Positions 51,501 to 60,983 of a DNA stretch of 64,000 bases are shown piece by piece. The stretch is taken from the NCBI GenBank assembly GCA_035650475.1, contig DASRHP010000012.1, positions 110,059 to 174,058 of the forward strand. The letters run 5' to 3'. Each line of letters opens with the position of its first letter. Positions within the stretch are counted from its first letter, which is position 1. The translations under genes were made by a program, and so were the position numbers. The DNA is from Candidatus Binataceae bacterium. GTDB lineage: Bacteria > Desulfobacterota > Binatia > Binatales > Binataceae. A model generated the notes under the pieces. The model ran no database searches, was not told the DNA's origin, and worked only from the letters and a program-made list of their open reading frames with translations.

Positions 51501-51838
51501 TGATCGGGATGATCGCGCTGGCCGGAATCGTCGTGCGCAATTCGATCATCCTCATCGACTTCATCCATCACGGCCTTGCGCGCGGGCTCAGCTTGGAGGA
51601 GGCGATCCTGGAGGCCGGCGCGATCCGCCTGCGGCCGATCGCGCTGACCGCGGGCGCCGCGATGCTCGGTTCGGCGGTGATCACGCTCGATCCGATCTTC
51701 TCCGGGCTCGCATGGTCATTCATCTTCGGAATCTTCGCCTCGACCGCGTTCACGCTGATCGTCGTGCCGCTACTCTACTACCTCGTCTATCATCGGCGCG
51801 GCGCGCCCGGCCAAGGCGCCGCCGGCGCAGACGGTTGA
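48563..51838 (+). CDS. efflux RND transporter permease (AcrB/CzcA family)
   Basis: 1091 aa with twelve TM helices and two large periplasmic loops. The start overlaps the adaptor gene stop. Confidence 0.9.
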   Translation: MNTSGGAEKLGLTARFVDLFLGSNLSMLLLLASLAAGVVALWVTPREEDPQISVPLADIIVQMPGASAAEVENLVTSNLEKRLWEMEGVRHLYSVSRPGMALVTVRFRVGYDKIRSLVQIYNKLESNRDAVPPGVSGWIVKPVGIDDVPILTVTLWSATHSDAALRRVADEILHRMQEVPDTGRSFVVGGRPRQVRVLLDPERLAGHGLAPLEIARALRGADANLRAGSFAHGNREYVLDSGPFLTSSREVANLVVAVRNGHPVYLREVAQVMDGPAEPAAYTAIGFGPARERLLTERGQLKLTSVGEPRRLYPAVTLAFAKRHGTNAVAVAEGLIARVEALKGVAIPSDVGVLVTRNYGETADEKVNELVRELMIAVAIIVGLLAFSLGVREALIVAIAVPITLAITLVGNLLAGYTINRVTLFALILSLGLLVDDPIVDVENIHRHFRLGDHPPREATLIAVDEVRPPTILATFTVIASFIPMLFVTGMMGPYMRPMPFNVPLAMLMSLVVAFTITPWAAYRLLRREYAPGGDGQQRADEGATVRRWYGAILRPLLESRRRARLFLFAMGGAFALSILLVVSGLVPVKMLPFDNKNELQLVIDMPEGTPLEATDAAVRDFDALLARVPEVTSFESYSGEPSPFDFNGMVRHYYLRRAPWQADIRVNLAPKGERAQSSHQIALRIRPPLEAIAREHGAKLKIVEMPPGPPVLETIVAEIYGPPEAEYAQLIAYGRALRRIFARTGGLVDTDDFSVAAQPRVLFVLDREKAALHGVSTATVARTLGLMLGGDAVATVHTATERNPLAIELRMPRAARSSLESLAAIRVRGADGAMVPLGELGGLRRTLEEQPIYRKDLRPVAMVMADTAGVSPVNEVLWLQRHTASLLPAGYTIEWSGEGEWNITLTVFRDLGIAFGAALFFIYVLLVAQTESLAMPLIIMAAIPLTMVGIMPGFFILDLLTNRPVAGYPDPTFFTATAMIGMIALAGIVVRNSIILIDFIHHGLARGLSLEEAILEAGAIRLRPIALTAGAAMLGSAVITLDPIFSGLAWSFIFGIFASTAFTLIVVPLLYYLVYHRRGAPGQGAAGADG

Positions 51839-51883
51839 CACCGCGGGCGCCCGTCGAGCGCCTCCCGTCGAACCGACGAGTCC

Positions 51884-52894
51884 TCAGCTTGCGCGCAGCG
51901 GCGGCGTTTCGGTCAGGACGAAGGCGATCACCCCGGTCAGGTTGCCGAGCGCGGTCGCCGCGAACCATAGCAGCCCCAGCGCAATCGCATCGGAATGGCC
52001 GAGCCCCGCCTTTGCGAACAGCATCAGGTAGGCGGTCTCGCGCAGGCCGAGCCCGTTGAGGGTCAGCGGGAGACTTGCGAAGACGTTGGCAATCGGTACG
52101 CAGAGCACGAACAGCGCAAGCGGCGCGTCGAGCCCCAGCCCGCGCGCGAGCAGCCATTGGCAAACCGCAAGCGAGAGCTGGAGCGCGACCGACAACCCTA
52201 CAGCCGGCAGCATCGCCATCGGCCGGCCGAGATACGGCTCGACCGTCAGCGCGACCGCCGCGATTCGCTCGGGCATGCGCCGGGCCAGCTTTGCGACGAG
52301 CGGCAGGGCGGCGTAGCCGACGAGCGCAAGCACTCCGACCGCGATCGTGGGCCCGCGCACGGCGGGCGGCACCGCGGCGCTCAGCCCGGCCGCGGCCGCT
52401 GCCGATAGCCAGAACAGTCCCACCATCCCAACTCCGCGGTCGGCGATCACGGAGGCGACCGCCTCACCGAGGCGCTGATGGCGCCGGCCGAGATAGAGCG
52501 CGCGCAGCGCGTCGCCGCCGACCAGTCCGGGCACGAATACATTGGTGAACATCCCGATGAAGTAGTAGGCGAGGTATTCGATGAACGGCGACGGGATGGC
52601 GAGCAGCGAGCCCAGCAGCTGCCATCGGAAAGTCGACATCACCTGCCCGCCGACGTACAGCGCGATCGCGGCGCAGAAGAAACCGAGCCGCTCGCGCGCG
52701 AGCTGATGCAGGATCGGGCGCGCGTCGTAGTGCCAAAGCAGCAGCGCGACGATGGCGGCGCCCGCGCCGATGCGCAGCGCGAAGCCGAACACGGGATGGC
52801 GTCGCTGCTTGGCGCGCGGCGGCGCTCCCGCGAGATCAGGTGTGGGCGCGCCGGGCGAAGTTCGCGCCTGACCGGCGGCGGGTTCAGCTTGCAT
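51884..52894 (-). CDS. flippase-like domain protein (LPG-synthase TM / UPF0104 family)
   Basis: About 330-aa polytopic membrane protein with a UPF0104 profile. It overlaps the end of the upstream glycosyltransferase gene. Confidence 0.6.
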   Translation of the reverse strand: MQAEPAAGQARTSPGAPTPDLAGAPPRAKQRRHPVFGFALRIGAGAAIVALLLWHYDARPILHQLARERLGFFCAAIALYVGGQVMSTFRWQLLGSLLAIPSPFIEYLAYYFIGMFTNVFVPGLVGGDALRALYLGRRHQRLGEAVASVIADRGVGMVGLFWLSAAAAAGLSAAVPPAVRGPTIAVGVLALVGYAALPLVAKLARRMPERIAAVALTVEPYLGRPMAMLPAVGLSVALQLSLAVCQWLLARGLGLDAPLALFVLCVPIANVFASLPLTLNGLGLRETAYLMLFAKAGLGHSDAIALGLLWFAATALGNLTGVIAFVLTETPPLRAS

Positions 52895-54680
52895 AGCGCG
52901 GCTCCGCGATTTTGAGAATCGCGCGCTTGTGCCATTCGGCGCCGATCATCACGTAGTCGCCGAGCCGTTCGCGCAGCCGGTGCAGCTCGCGCTCGTCGAT
53001 CACCAGCACCACCGGGCCCGGCATATTCCACAAGCGCAGCACGTCGTTCTCGTTATGGAAGAAAAAGCGGTCCGCATCGGCGGCGTGCGCGGCGCCGAAG
53101 GCGAGCTCGGTCTGCGCGCCGACCAGGATCACGCGGCGATGAGTGTAAAACGCCAATGCCTGGACGTAGCGCGGATAGCAGATCAGCGTCGCGTCGGGAG
53201 CGTGCGCGGCAACCTTGCGCGCGAGCGCGGCGTACGAGCGTAACGGCTCCGCTTCCAGGCGGGCGTAGCTGCCGGCGCCGAGCCCCAACGCGGCCACGAG
53301 CACGAGTGCCGCCAACCCGGCTTCGGCTCGCAGGTGCTGGAACAACTCGCCGACCAGCGCGCCGCCGGCGACTCCGACGAGGCCCAGTGCATAGAGCGCG
53401 GGGCGTGCGAGCGCGACGTAGGGGCTCTTGAAGATCGGCGCCAGCAATCCAGCGCCGATCGCGGCGGTTCCCAGGACGATCAACGCCGCGCCCACCGCAA
53501 CAAACGAGCGCGGCGCTCGCGCCGCCGGTGCGCGCTCCGACGCGGGTGCGGCGGCGGAGTCGTTCGCGAAGATACGCGTTACAATTCCGTCGGCGAGCAG
53601 CACCGCGATCGGTGCCATCGCGGGCAGGATGTACGGGATGAGCTTGGCGCTTGCCGCCGAAAACAACCCGAGCACGACCGCGGCAGACACGATACAAAAG
53701 CGGCCGACCGGCGTGCGCGGCAGCTCGCGCCACGCGATGAATGGAACGAACAGTGTCCACGGCATCATCCCGGCCAACACCACCGGGAGGTAGTAATAGA
53801 ACGGCTCGCCGTGGCTGTAGCTGGGCTGGAAGAAGCGTCGCAGATGCTCGCCGACGAAATAGAAGTCGATAAAGCCGGGCTCGCGCACCGCCGTCACGGC
53901 GAACCACGGGGCGACGAGCGCCGCCACCATCGCGCCGCCCGACAGAGCGTGGAAACGGCCGAGCGCGCCGCGCAGCTCGCCCTCCCACCACAGGAAGGTG
54001 GCGAACGCGAGCACGGGAATCGCGATGGCGACCGGGCCTTTGGTCAGAACTCCCGCCGCGATCGCGCCATATCCCAGCCAGCACCATCGGCCGCCCTCGC
54101 GCCAATGCAGGTACAGCGCGAACATCGCCGCCGTGACCGTCGCGCTCAGCAGCATGTCAGTCGTAAGCACTTGCGCCATCACCGCGTACAGCGCCGAGGT
54201 GGCGAGGATCGCGCCGGCCAGGAACGCGCGCGCCGCACCCATCGTGCGCCGCACGAAGCCCCAGGTCGCGATCACGCCGAAAATCGCCGCGAGCGCCGGC
54301 GTCAGGCGCGCGGCGAACTCGTTGACTCCAAGCAGCGCCATCCACAGCGCCCCCGTCCAATAGAGCAGCGGCGGCTTTTCGACGTAGGGGACGTAGTTGA
54401 GATGCGGCACGACCCATCCGCCCCCGGCGAGCATCTCGCGCGCGATCTCGGCGTAGCGCGCCTCGTCGGGCTCCCACAGGCCGTAGCTGCCGAGATGGAA
54501 GAAGAAAATCGCCGCCGCCAGCGTGACCAACGCGAGCGCCTGGATTAGCGGCGAGTGCCACAGCGTCGCGGGCGCTCCGTGCCAAAACGGCGCAGCGGGC
54601 GCGGGTGAGGCGGTCTCGATGGTCGCGGGCTCGGACACGGGGCTCAAGTGTACCGTGGGGCGCGTGGCCGCGCAGCCCAT
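52884..54680 (-). CDS. ArnT/PMT-like glycosyltransferase family 39 protein
   Basis: LWEPDEARYAEIAREML...YVEKPPLLYW is the GT39/GT83 signature (DE motif on the first periplasmic loop). Confidence 0.8.
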   Translation of the reverse strand: MGCAATRPTVHLSPVSEPATIETASPAPAAPFWHGAPATLWHSPLIQALALVTLAAAIFFFHLGSYGLWEPDEARYAEIAREMLAGGGWVVPHLNYVPYVEKPPLLYWTGALWMALLGVNEFAARLTPALAAIFGVIATWGFVRRTMGAARAFLAGAILATSALYAVMAQVLTTDMLLSATVTAAMFALYLHWREGGRWCWLGYGAIAAGVLTKGPVAIAIPVLAFATFLWWEGELRGALGRFHALSGGAMVAALVAPWFAVTAVREPGFIDFYFVGEHLRRFFQPSYSHGEPFYYYLPVVLAGMMPWTLFVPFIAWRELPRTPVGRFCIVSAAVVLGLFSAASAKLIPYILPAMAPIAVLLADGIVTRIFANDSAAAPASERAPAARAPRSFVAVGAALIVLGTAAIGAGLLAPIFKSPYVALARPALYALGLVGVAGGALVGELFQHLRAEAGLAALVLVAALGLGAGSYARLEAEPLRSYAALARKVAAHAPDATLICYPRYVQALAFYTHRRVILVGAQTELAFGAAHAADADRFFFHNENDVLRLWNMPGPVVLVIDERELHRLRERLGDYVMIGAEWHKRAILKIAEPRYAS

Positions 54681-54693
54681 TGCGCGGCGCCGC

Positions 54694-56397
54694 CTACATC
54701 CCTTCGGCGCCGCCGCCCTTGCGCGGATCGAAGGCTCCGTGCATTTCGCCGGGCGCGAGCGTGATCACACCCACCGCGCTGTACAGTTGGGGCAGGACCT
54801 TGAGCCGATAGCCCATCTGCGCGAGCGCCTGGCGTGTCGCCTCCGGCATCGCGGATTCGACCAACACGGTTGCGGGCGACGCTTGGTGGTGCACGCGCGG
54901 CGCGGCGACGGCCGCCGTCGGCGCGAGGTGAAAGTCGAGCACGTCGAGGGCGACCTGGAGCACGCCGGTGATGATGGTCGGGCCGCCCGATCCACCCAGC
55001 GCGAGCACCGGCCGCTCGCCACGCGTCACGATCGTCGGCGACATGCTCGAGAGCGGACGCTTGCCGGGCGCGATCTCGTTAGCCTTGACCCCGATCAGCT
55101 TGAACACGTTGGCGACGCCCGGCGCGGTGGCGAAGTCGTCCATCTCGTCGTTGAGGACGAGGCCGAGCTTTGCGACCATCACCTTGGCCCCGAAGATGGT
55201 ATTGATCGTGGTGGTCGCGACGACCACGTTGCCGTCCTTGTCGGCGACCAGCAGGTTGGAGGTGCCGTGATCGGAGGCGGGCGCCAGATGCGGCTGGGCG
55301 CCGCGATGCAGCGCGCGCTGGAGCGCTGCGTCGATATGGCGTTGCGAGAGCAGCTCGTCGATGGGCACATGGACGAATGCGGGGTCGGCGTAGTGCGCGC
55401 GATCGATGAAGCCCTCGCGCATCACTTCGACCAGCCGCGCGAGGTAGGGCGGTGAGTTGAGCCCCAGCCCGGCGAGCGGCGCCGCGCCGAGCATCCCCAG
55501 CATCTCGAGCACGACCCCGCCCGACGCGGGTGGCGGCATGGTCCAGACGTCGTAGCCGCGGTAGCCGCGGTGGAGCGGCGTGCGCCATACCGGCCGGTAG
55601 CGCGCGAGGTCGTCGGCCGTGATGATCCCGCCGTGTTCCTTCATCCACGCGACGAGCTCGCGCGCCACCCTGCCGTGATAGAAATGCGCCACCGGATCGT
55701 CGCCGAGCGAGCGCAGCGTCGCGCCGAGTGCCCTTTCGCGCAACATGTCGCCAACCTTGGGCGGTTCGCCGGCGGCGTTCATGAAGGTCGCCTTGAGCCC
55801 GGGGTCCTTGGCGATCACCGGCGCTACGCGGGTTACGTCGCGCACGATAAGCGGCGAGGCGGGGAAGCCCCGCTCGGCGAGCCGGATCGCGGGCGCCGCG
55901 ACGGTCGAGAAATTCATCGTGCCGAAGCGCCTCAGCGCCGCGTCCAGGCCGTAGATTTCGCCTGGGACGGCGACGGCCAGCGGCCCGGTGCGCGCCAGCT
56001 CCTCGTCGGCCTTGCCGTTGCGCACGTACATCGCGGCGCTGGCCGCCATCGGGGCGCGCTCGCGGTAGTCGAGCGCGTAGAAGCGGTGAGTCTTGGCGAT
56101 GTAAATCAGCATGAAGCCGCCGCCGCCGATCCCGCACGAGGCGGCGTTGGTGACGCCGACGGCGAGTTCGGTGGCGACGGCGGCGTCGATCGCGTTGCCG
56201 CCGCGGGCGAGGATTTCGACCCCGGCATGCGCGGCGAGCGCGCTCTCCGCCACCACCATCGCGTGGCGCGCCCGGGCGGCGCGCGCGGGCCGCGCGGCGG
56301 GCGCGAAGAGAACGAATACAAGCGGCAGCGCGCCGAGCATCAACGCGCGCACGCGGCGTCTGGTCGCGGCGACGGAGCGGACGTTTGCGGACGACAT
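54694..56397 (-). CDS. ggt: gamma-glutamyltransferase
   Basis: Signal peptide, GGGGFML motif, and the autoprocessing site Thr in DHGTSNLLVADKDGN. Confidence 0.85.
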   Translation of the reverse strand: MSSANVRSVAATRRRVRALMLGALPLVFVLFAPAARPARAARARHAMVVAESALAAHAGVEILARGGNAIDAAVATELAVGVTNAASCGIGGGGFMLIYIAKTHRFYALDYRERAPMAASAAMYVRNGKADEELARTGPLAVAVPGEIYGLDAALRRFGTMNFSTVAAPAIRLAERGFPASPLIVRDVTRVAPVIAKDPGLKATFMNAAGEPPKVGDMLRERALGATLRSLGDDPVAHFYHGRVARELVAWMKEHGGIITADDLARYRPVWRTPLHRGYRGYDVWTMPPPASGGVVLEMLGMLGAAPLAGLGLNSPPYLARLVEVMREGFIDRAHYADPAFVHVPIDELLSQRHIDAALQRALHRGAQPHLAPASDHGTSNLLVADKDGNVVVATTTINTIFGAKVMVAKLGLVLNDEMDDFATAPGVANVFKLIGVKANEIAPGKRPLSSMSPTIVTRGERPVLALGGSGGPTIITGVLQVALDVLDFHLAPTAAVAAPRVHHQASPATVLVESAMPEATRQALAQMGYRLKVLPQLYSAVGVITLAPGEMHGAFDPRKGGGAEGM

Positions 56398-56551
56398 GCT
56401 CCGCCTTTCTAACAGCGTCATCTACGCAAGGAAAGCTGAGCGCGCAGGGCGGCGCGATCGGCAAAGCGCGCGCCTCGCTCGGCGCGTTAGATTTCGCTCG
56501 CATGAAGTGCTTTGATCGGTCCCGGCCGCATCGCCGGCGGAGGACAAGCCG

Positions 56552-57373
56552 ATGAGTTTCGAAGAGATAATCTATGAGAAAGCCAACCGGGTCGCGGTGA
56601 TCACGCTCAATCGCCCGGCCCGGCTCAACGCGTGGACTGGCCGGATGGAAGCCGAGCTGCGCGAAGCGATGCTCGATTCTGACCGCGACGACAACGTCGG
56701 CGCGATCGTGGTCACCGGCGCGGGCAAGGCGTACTGCGCGGGCGCCGATATGGGCGCGCTCAATCGCATCGCCGAGGGCAGCGAGACGGCCGGCGCGGCG
56801 GTCTCGGGCGAGGTCGCCGGCACCGGCGAGACGCGCACCGACTTCCGCCAGCGCTTCTCATGGATCGTGGGGTTGCACAAGCCGGTGATCGGCGCGATCA
56901 ACGGCGCGTGCGTGGGGATGGGCTTCACCACCGCGCTCTATCACGACCTCCGGATCGCCTCCGAGCGCGCGCGCATGGGGCTCATCTTCGTGCGCCGCGG
57001 GCTGGCGATCGAGCACGGCGCGAGCTGGATGCTGCCGCGGATCGTGGGCCTGGCCAACGCGCTTGAACTGGCGGTCACCGGCCGCCTGCTCGACGCCGAG
57101 GAGGCGCTGCGCATCGGGTTGGTCAACAAAGTTGTCCCGCACGAGCAACTGATGCCGACGGCGCTGGAGATGGCGGGCGAGATCGCGACGAGCTGCTCCC
57201 CGCTGGGCGTCGCCCACGCCAAGCGGCTGATCTACCATCACCTGCTGACCGATTTGACCACCGCGATCGTCGAGGAGAACGAGTCGATCGGGGTGATGAC
57301 GCACTCGGACGACTTCAAGGAAGGCATCCGCGCCTTCCAGGAAAAGCGCGCGCCGCGCTTCACCGGACGCTAG
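56552..57373 (+). CDS. enoyl-CoA hydratase/isomerase family protein
   Basis: Crotonase fold: ITLNRPARLNAW, AIVVTGAGKAYCAGADM, INGACVGMG. Confidence 0.8.
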   Translation: MSFEEIIYEKANRVAVITLNRPARLNAWTGRMEAELREAMLDSDRDDNVGAIVVTGAGKAYCAGADMGALNRIAEGSETAGAAVSGEVAGTGETRTDFRQRFSWIVGLHKPVIGAINGACVGMGFTTALYHDLRIASERARMGLIFVRRGLAIEHGASWMLPRIVGLANALELAVTGRLLDAEEALRIGLVNKVVPHEQLMPTALEMAGEIATSCSPLGVAHAKRLIYHHLLTDLTTAIVEENESIGVMTHSDDFKEGIRAFQEKRAPRFTGR

Positions 57374-57391
57374 CGCGCGCGCGCCGCACCG

Positions 57392-57994
57392 TCAGCGGGC
57401 AGCGGCCGCGGGCTTCTTCGCCTTCCTGCCCTTGAGCTGCTCCAGCTCCCAGGTGGCGAACAGTGTGCCATCGTCGCTCCAGTTGTACGAGGTCCGTCCG
57501 CCGAAGAGCTTCTTGAGCTCGTGGGCGATCCGATGGGTCAGCTTCTGCGAGGTGGTCAGCACCTCGAGCGCCTCGCCGTCGGACTCGATGGTGTCGATCG
57601 AGACGATTCGCCGCTCGGGCTGGGTCTTCATTCCGTAGCGGGCGGCGTTTTCGATCCGGCGGCGGATCAGGTCGCGATGGGCGGCTGCGGCGGCGCCGCG
57701 GATTATCAGCCGGCCCTGCGCTTCAAGGCGGCTGACCTGCTCGCAGGCGGGGCAGAAACCCCAGCGCCGGCGCTCGAGCATGTCCTCGGTCAGGTTGTGG
57801 TCGTGGCGCCAGGTCTTGCGCATATACATCGCGCCGCAGCGCGCACACACCGTGTATTCCTCGGGCTGCGCGCTCTTGCGCACGACGCGCGGGCTCTTGT
57901 CGTCGCGCACGAAACTGCGGTTGAGGCTGCGGATCAGCCCGCGGGCCTTCTTGGTGGTTTTGACCGGCGCCGGCCGTGTGGCTTTTGCTTGCAT
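57392..57994 (-). CDS. zinc-ribbon protein of unknown function (possibly NMD3-like)
   Basis: Basic N-terminus, CARCG...(24 aa)...CPAC zinc ribbon, conserved C-terminal domain. Confidence 0.45.
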   Translation of the reverse strand: MQAKATRPAPVKTTKKARGLIRSLNRSFVRDDKSPRVVRKSAQPEEYTVCARCGAMYMRKTWRHDHNLTEDMLERRRWGFCPACEQVSRLEAQGRLIIRGAAAAAHRDLIRRRIENAARYGMKTQPERRIVSIDTIESDGEALEVLTTSQKLTHRIAHELKKLFGGRTSYNWSDDGTLFATWELEQLKGRKAKKPAAAAR

Positions 57995-58051
57995 GTCAGT
58001 AGCCTCGTCCAGGACTCCTTGTGTCGGATTCGCGCGGCGGGAACGCTAAGC

Positions 58052-58504
58052 TCAGCTTGCGACACCGCCGTCCGCAACCATGATTTCCGGCTCCATCCGC
58101 ACGGTGGCGGTGAGCGATGCAGTAACGAAACACGCCCGCTTCGCCTTGTCGAGCGCGCGCTCAGCCGCCGCGGCGTCCGCGCCCGCGGGCAGCGTCAGCA
58201 GCGGACGCAGCACGATTTCGGTGAAGCGCGTCACCCCCTCCTTGCGCTCGAGTTTGCCCTGACCGACAAGCTCGAGCGCCGTGAACTCCACCTTTGACGC
58301 CGCGGCGACCGCGCGCAGCGTGAACAGGAAACAGCTTTCGACCGCGGCGATCAGGAGTTGCTCAGGACTCCATGCGTCGCCCGGGCCGTCGAATTCGGGC
58401 GGCGGGGCGGTGCGCAGCTCGCCGAGGCCGGCCGCCGCGACGGCGGCGTAGCCTTTGGGTCCGCCTGCCAGCTTGACTTCATAGATATGGGGAAGCGGTT
58501 TCAT
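58052..58504 (-). CDS. OsmC/Ohr family peroxiredoxin-like protein
   Basis: 150 aa with the OsmC fold and two conserved Cys (CFLFT, CFVT). Confidence 0.75.
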   Translation of the reverse strand: MKPLPHIYEVKLAGGPKGYAAVAAAGLGELRTAPPPEFDGPGDAWSPEQLLIAAVESCFLFTLRAVAAASKVEFTALELVGQGKLERKEGVTRFTEIVLRPLLTLPAGADAAAAERALDKAKRACFVTASLTATVRMEPEIMVADGGVAS

Positions 58505-58529
58505 AGGATTAGCGTTCCTTTGCGAAGCG

Positions 58530-58976
58530 TTAGCGCGGCGGTACCACCAGTACCGGACAAAGCGACTCGCGCACCACGCGCTCAGCCACGCTGCCGAGGA
58601 AAAAATGCCCGACCGCCGAACGGCTGCGCCCGTGCGTTGCCATCACGACGAGATCGACGCCCAGCTCAGTCTCCGCGCCGACGATCACCTCCACCGGTTG
58701 CCCGCTGCGGACGACGACCTCGCATCGCAACGTGGCAGGAACCTTCTCGCGCGCGATCTCCTCCAGCCGCGCCTGCGCACCGCGCTCCCATACGGGCTGC
58801 GATTCAGTGGGCAGCGGTCCAATTTCGCTCGCCGCCAGCGGAAACGGCACGACGTGCATCAGACACAGCGGGGCGTCGTTCTGGGCCGCAACCTTTACGG
58901 CAAGTTCGAGTGCCGCCATCGAATTTTCGTCGAAGTCAACCGGGCAGAGAATCTTGTGAAACAGGTTGTCAGCCAT
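58530..58976 (-). CDS. universal stress protein (UspA family)
   Basis: ILCPVDFDENS...LVVMATHGRSRSAVGHFFLGSVAERVV is the USP ATP-binding motif. The upstream ORF extension to 59474 is unlikely to be coding. Confidence 0.75.
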   Translation of the reverse strand: MADNLFHKILCPVDFDENSMAALELAVKVAAQNDAPLCLMHVVPFPLAASEIGPLPTESQPVWERGAQARLEEIAREKVPATLRCEVVVRSGQPVEVIVGAETELGVDLVVMATHGRSRSAVGHFFLGSVAERVVRESLCPVLVVPPR

Positions 58977-59193
58977 ACTGCCTCCACGGTCAGGCGAGCT
59001 ATGCCAGGGGCAGCACTCAACGTGCCAACATTGTGGCATACCGTCTGCCTCCGACGGACGCACGATTTCTAAAATTCTGGCTCCGATGGATACAGGTTCC
59101 CATTTCGTGGGCTGTTTATCGTTCGCTCGCTCGGCACGTCGTTTGCGCCTGTAACGAATATTCGCCGGGATTGCTTCAAAAGCCGAGGAAACA

Positions 59194-59505
59194 ATGAAGA
59201 AGAAAATCAAGCTGGCCAGCCGCAAACCATCGAAGATTGCCAAGCCGCGCGTCGTGAAGCGGGCGACGAGGCCGCGGCCCGACTCAGCCGACAGGGCCGC
59301 TGCACAAGCCGCGGCAAGCCGGGACGAACTCGCCGGCGGGCTCGCGCAATTGATCACAATCTCCGCCGACATGCGCGAGATCCTTCGTGAGATCCGTGAT
59401 CTCTTGGCCGAGGGAACGGAAGAGGCGCAAGCAGAAGAGCAGGAGGCCGGTGAAGGCGCCAGCACGGTGATCATCGCCGAGAGCGAAGGCGAAGAGTTCG
59501 ACTAG
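59194..59505 (+). CDS. hypothetical small protein with a Lys-rich N-terminus and an acidic C-terminal tail
   Basis: 103 aa, RBS GAGGAAACA before the ATG. N-terminus KKKIKLASRKPSKIAKPRVVKR, C-terminus EEAQAEEQEAGE...ESEGEEFD. Confidence 0.45.
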   Translation: MKKKIKLASRKPSKIAKPRVVKRATRPRPDSADRAAAQAAASRDELAGGLAQLITISADMREILREIRDLLAEGTEEAQAEEQEAGEGASTVIIAESEGEEFD

Positions 59506-59620
59506 CGGCTGGCCGCTTACACGTCCGCTGACGCATGCGCCGGCCGTATTTGGGAGCGGCCGGGTTCGCAGGTTTACGCCTAACGCGCCATGCGTGACGG
59601 CGCGAGCGCTGCACCCCGCT

Positions 59621-60982
59621 TCAGCGCGCGGGTTGAGAGTGCGCGCGGGGGCGGGCGGCGAGGATACGCGCGACCTCATCGTCGTCGATCTGATGGAAAT
59701 CGCGGTAGAACTGGCCGACGGCGAAGAAGTCGGGCGGCGTCGCAAGGCATATGATCTCGTCGGCATCGCCGCGCAGCGCCTCGATCGTTTCGGCCGGCGC
59801 GACCGGCACCGCGAGCACCAGCCGCGCGGGCTTGAGCCGGCGCACGCCGCGCAGCGCCGCGCGCACGGAGGAGCCGGTTGCGATGCCGTCGTCGATAACG
59901 ATCACCGTTCTGCCGGTGAGCGCGACCGGCGCGCGTCCGCCGCGATAGGCGGTTTCGCGCCGCTTGATTTCCTTCAGTTGGCGCTCGATCTCGGCCTGGA
60001 TGTAGCTGTCGCGGACGCCGAGATGCTCGATCACCGCCTGATTGAAGATCGCGCGCGGATGGTCGCCGTCGACCACCGCGCCGATGCCGAGCTCGGGCTC
60101 GCCCGGAGCACCCAGCTTGCGCACCACCACGATATCGAGCGGGGCGCCGAGCGCGTCTGCCACCTGGCGCGCCACCGGCAGTCCCCCGCGCGGGATCGCT
60201 AACACGACAGTGTCGGCGCCCTTAAAAGAAGCAAGCTCCGCCGCGAGCAGCCGCCCGGCCTCCTCGCGGTCGGCGAACATCACCGGCTCGCGCAGCGGCG
60301 CATGGCCGCGCGCGGGTTTCGCGCTGGCGTGGCGTACGAACCACTCGCTTGCGAGTCGCGCGACCTGCTCCAGTGTCCCCGGCTCCTCGAACAGATGGGT
60401 CGCGCCGGGCACGATCTTGAGCGCCTTCTCGCATCGGAGCAGGCGATAGGCCTTCTCGTTCAGCTCGATCACGCCGTAGTCGTTGCCGCCCACGATGAGC
60501 AGGGTGGGGGCGGTGACGGCGGCCAGATGGCGCAGCGCAAGGTCGGGACGGCCGCCGCGCGAAACAACGGCGCAGATCGCGGGATCCTGTGCCGCAGCAA
60601 TCAGCGCGGCGGCGGCCCCGGTACTGGCGCCGAAATACCCCAGCGCGCATGCTGCGGCCTCCGGCCTTGCCCTGAGCCATCTCGTCGCATCGCCGAGCCG
60701 ATGGGCAAGAAAGTCGACGTCGAAGACGTTTTCGCGATCGGCCGCCTCCTCCTCGGTGAGCAGGTCGAAGAGCAGGGTGCCGACCCCGGCCTGCTCGAGC
60801 GCGCGGGCGACGAACTGGTTGCGCGGGCTGAGCCTGCTGCTGCCGCTGCCATGGGCGAACAGCACGATCACCCGCGCATCCGGCGGGACCGTCAGCTCGC
60901 CCTCCAGGCGCACCGAGTCCGACGGGATGACGACCTTGGTTTGGTCCGTTGTCTGTCTGTTCATGGCGTCTTGCGGGCGCAC
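59621..60982 (-). CDS. fusion protein: N-terminal dienelactone-hydrolase-like alpha/beta hydrolase plus C-terminal phosphoribosyltransferase domain (Rv0571c-like)
   Basis: VIVLFAHGSGSS...(alpha/beta hydrolase) followed by the PRTase PRPP-binding motif VIVIDDGIATGSS. Confidence 0.75.
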   Translation of the reverse strand: MRPQDAMNRQTTDQTKVVIPSDSVRLEGELTVPPDARVIVLFAHGSGSSRLSPRNQFVARALEQAGVGTLLFDLLTEEEAADRENVFDVDFLAHRLGDATRWLRARPEAAACALGYFGASTGAAAALIAAAQDPAICAVVSRGGRPDLALRHLAAVTAPTLLIVGGNDYGVIELNEKAYRLLRCEKALKIVPGATHLFEEPGTLEQVARLASEWFVRHASAKPARGHAPLREPVMFADREEAGRLLAAELASFKGADTVVLAIPRGGLPVARQVADALGAPLDIVVVRKLGAPGEPELGIGAVVDGDHPRAIFNQAVIEHLGVRDSYIQAEIERQLKEIKRRETAYRGGRAPVALTGRTVIVIDDGIATGSSVRAALRGVRRLKPARLVLAVPVAPAETIEALRGDADEIICLATPPDFFAVGQFYRDFHQIDDDEVARILAARPRAHSQPAR

Positions 60983-60983
60983 A

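Noticed and set aside
49862-51571. 569-aa minus-strand ORF
   Set aside because: Antisense to the RND permease, with Arg/His/Asp-rich junk translation.
55079-56503. 474-aa minus-strand ORF (Arg-rich)
   Set aside because: Alternative frame over the GGT gene. GGT homology lies in the 54694..56421 frame.
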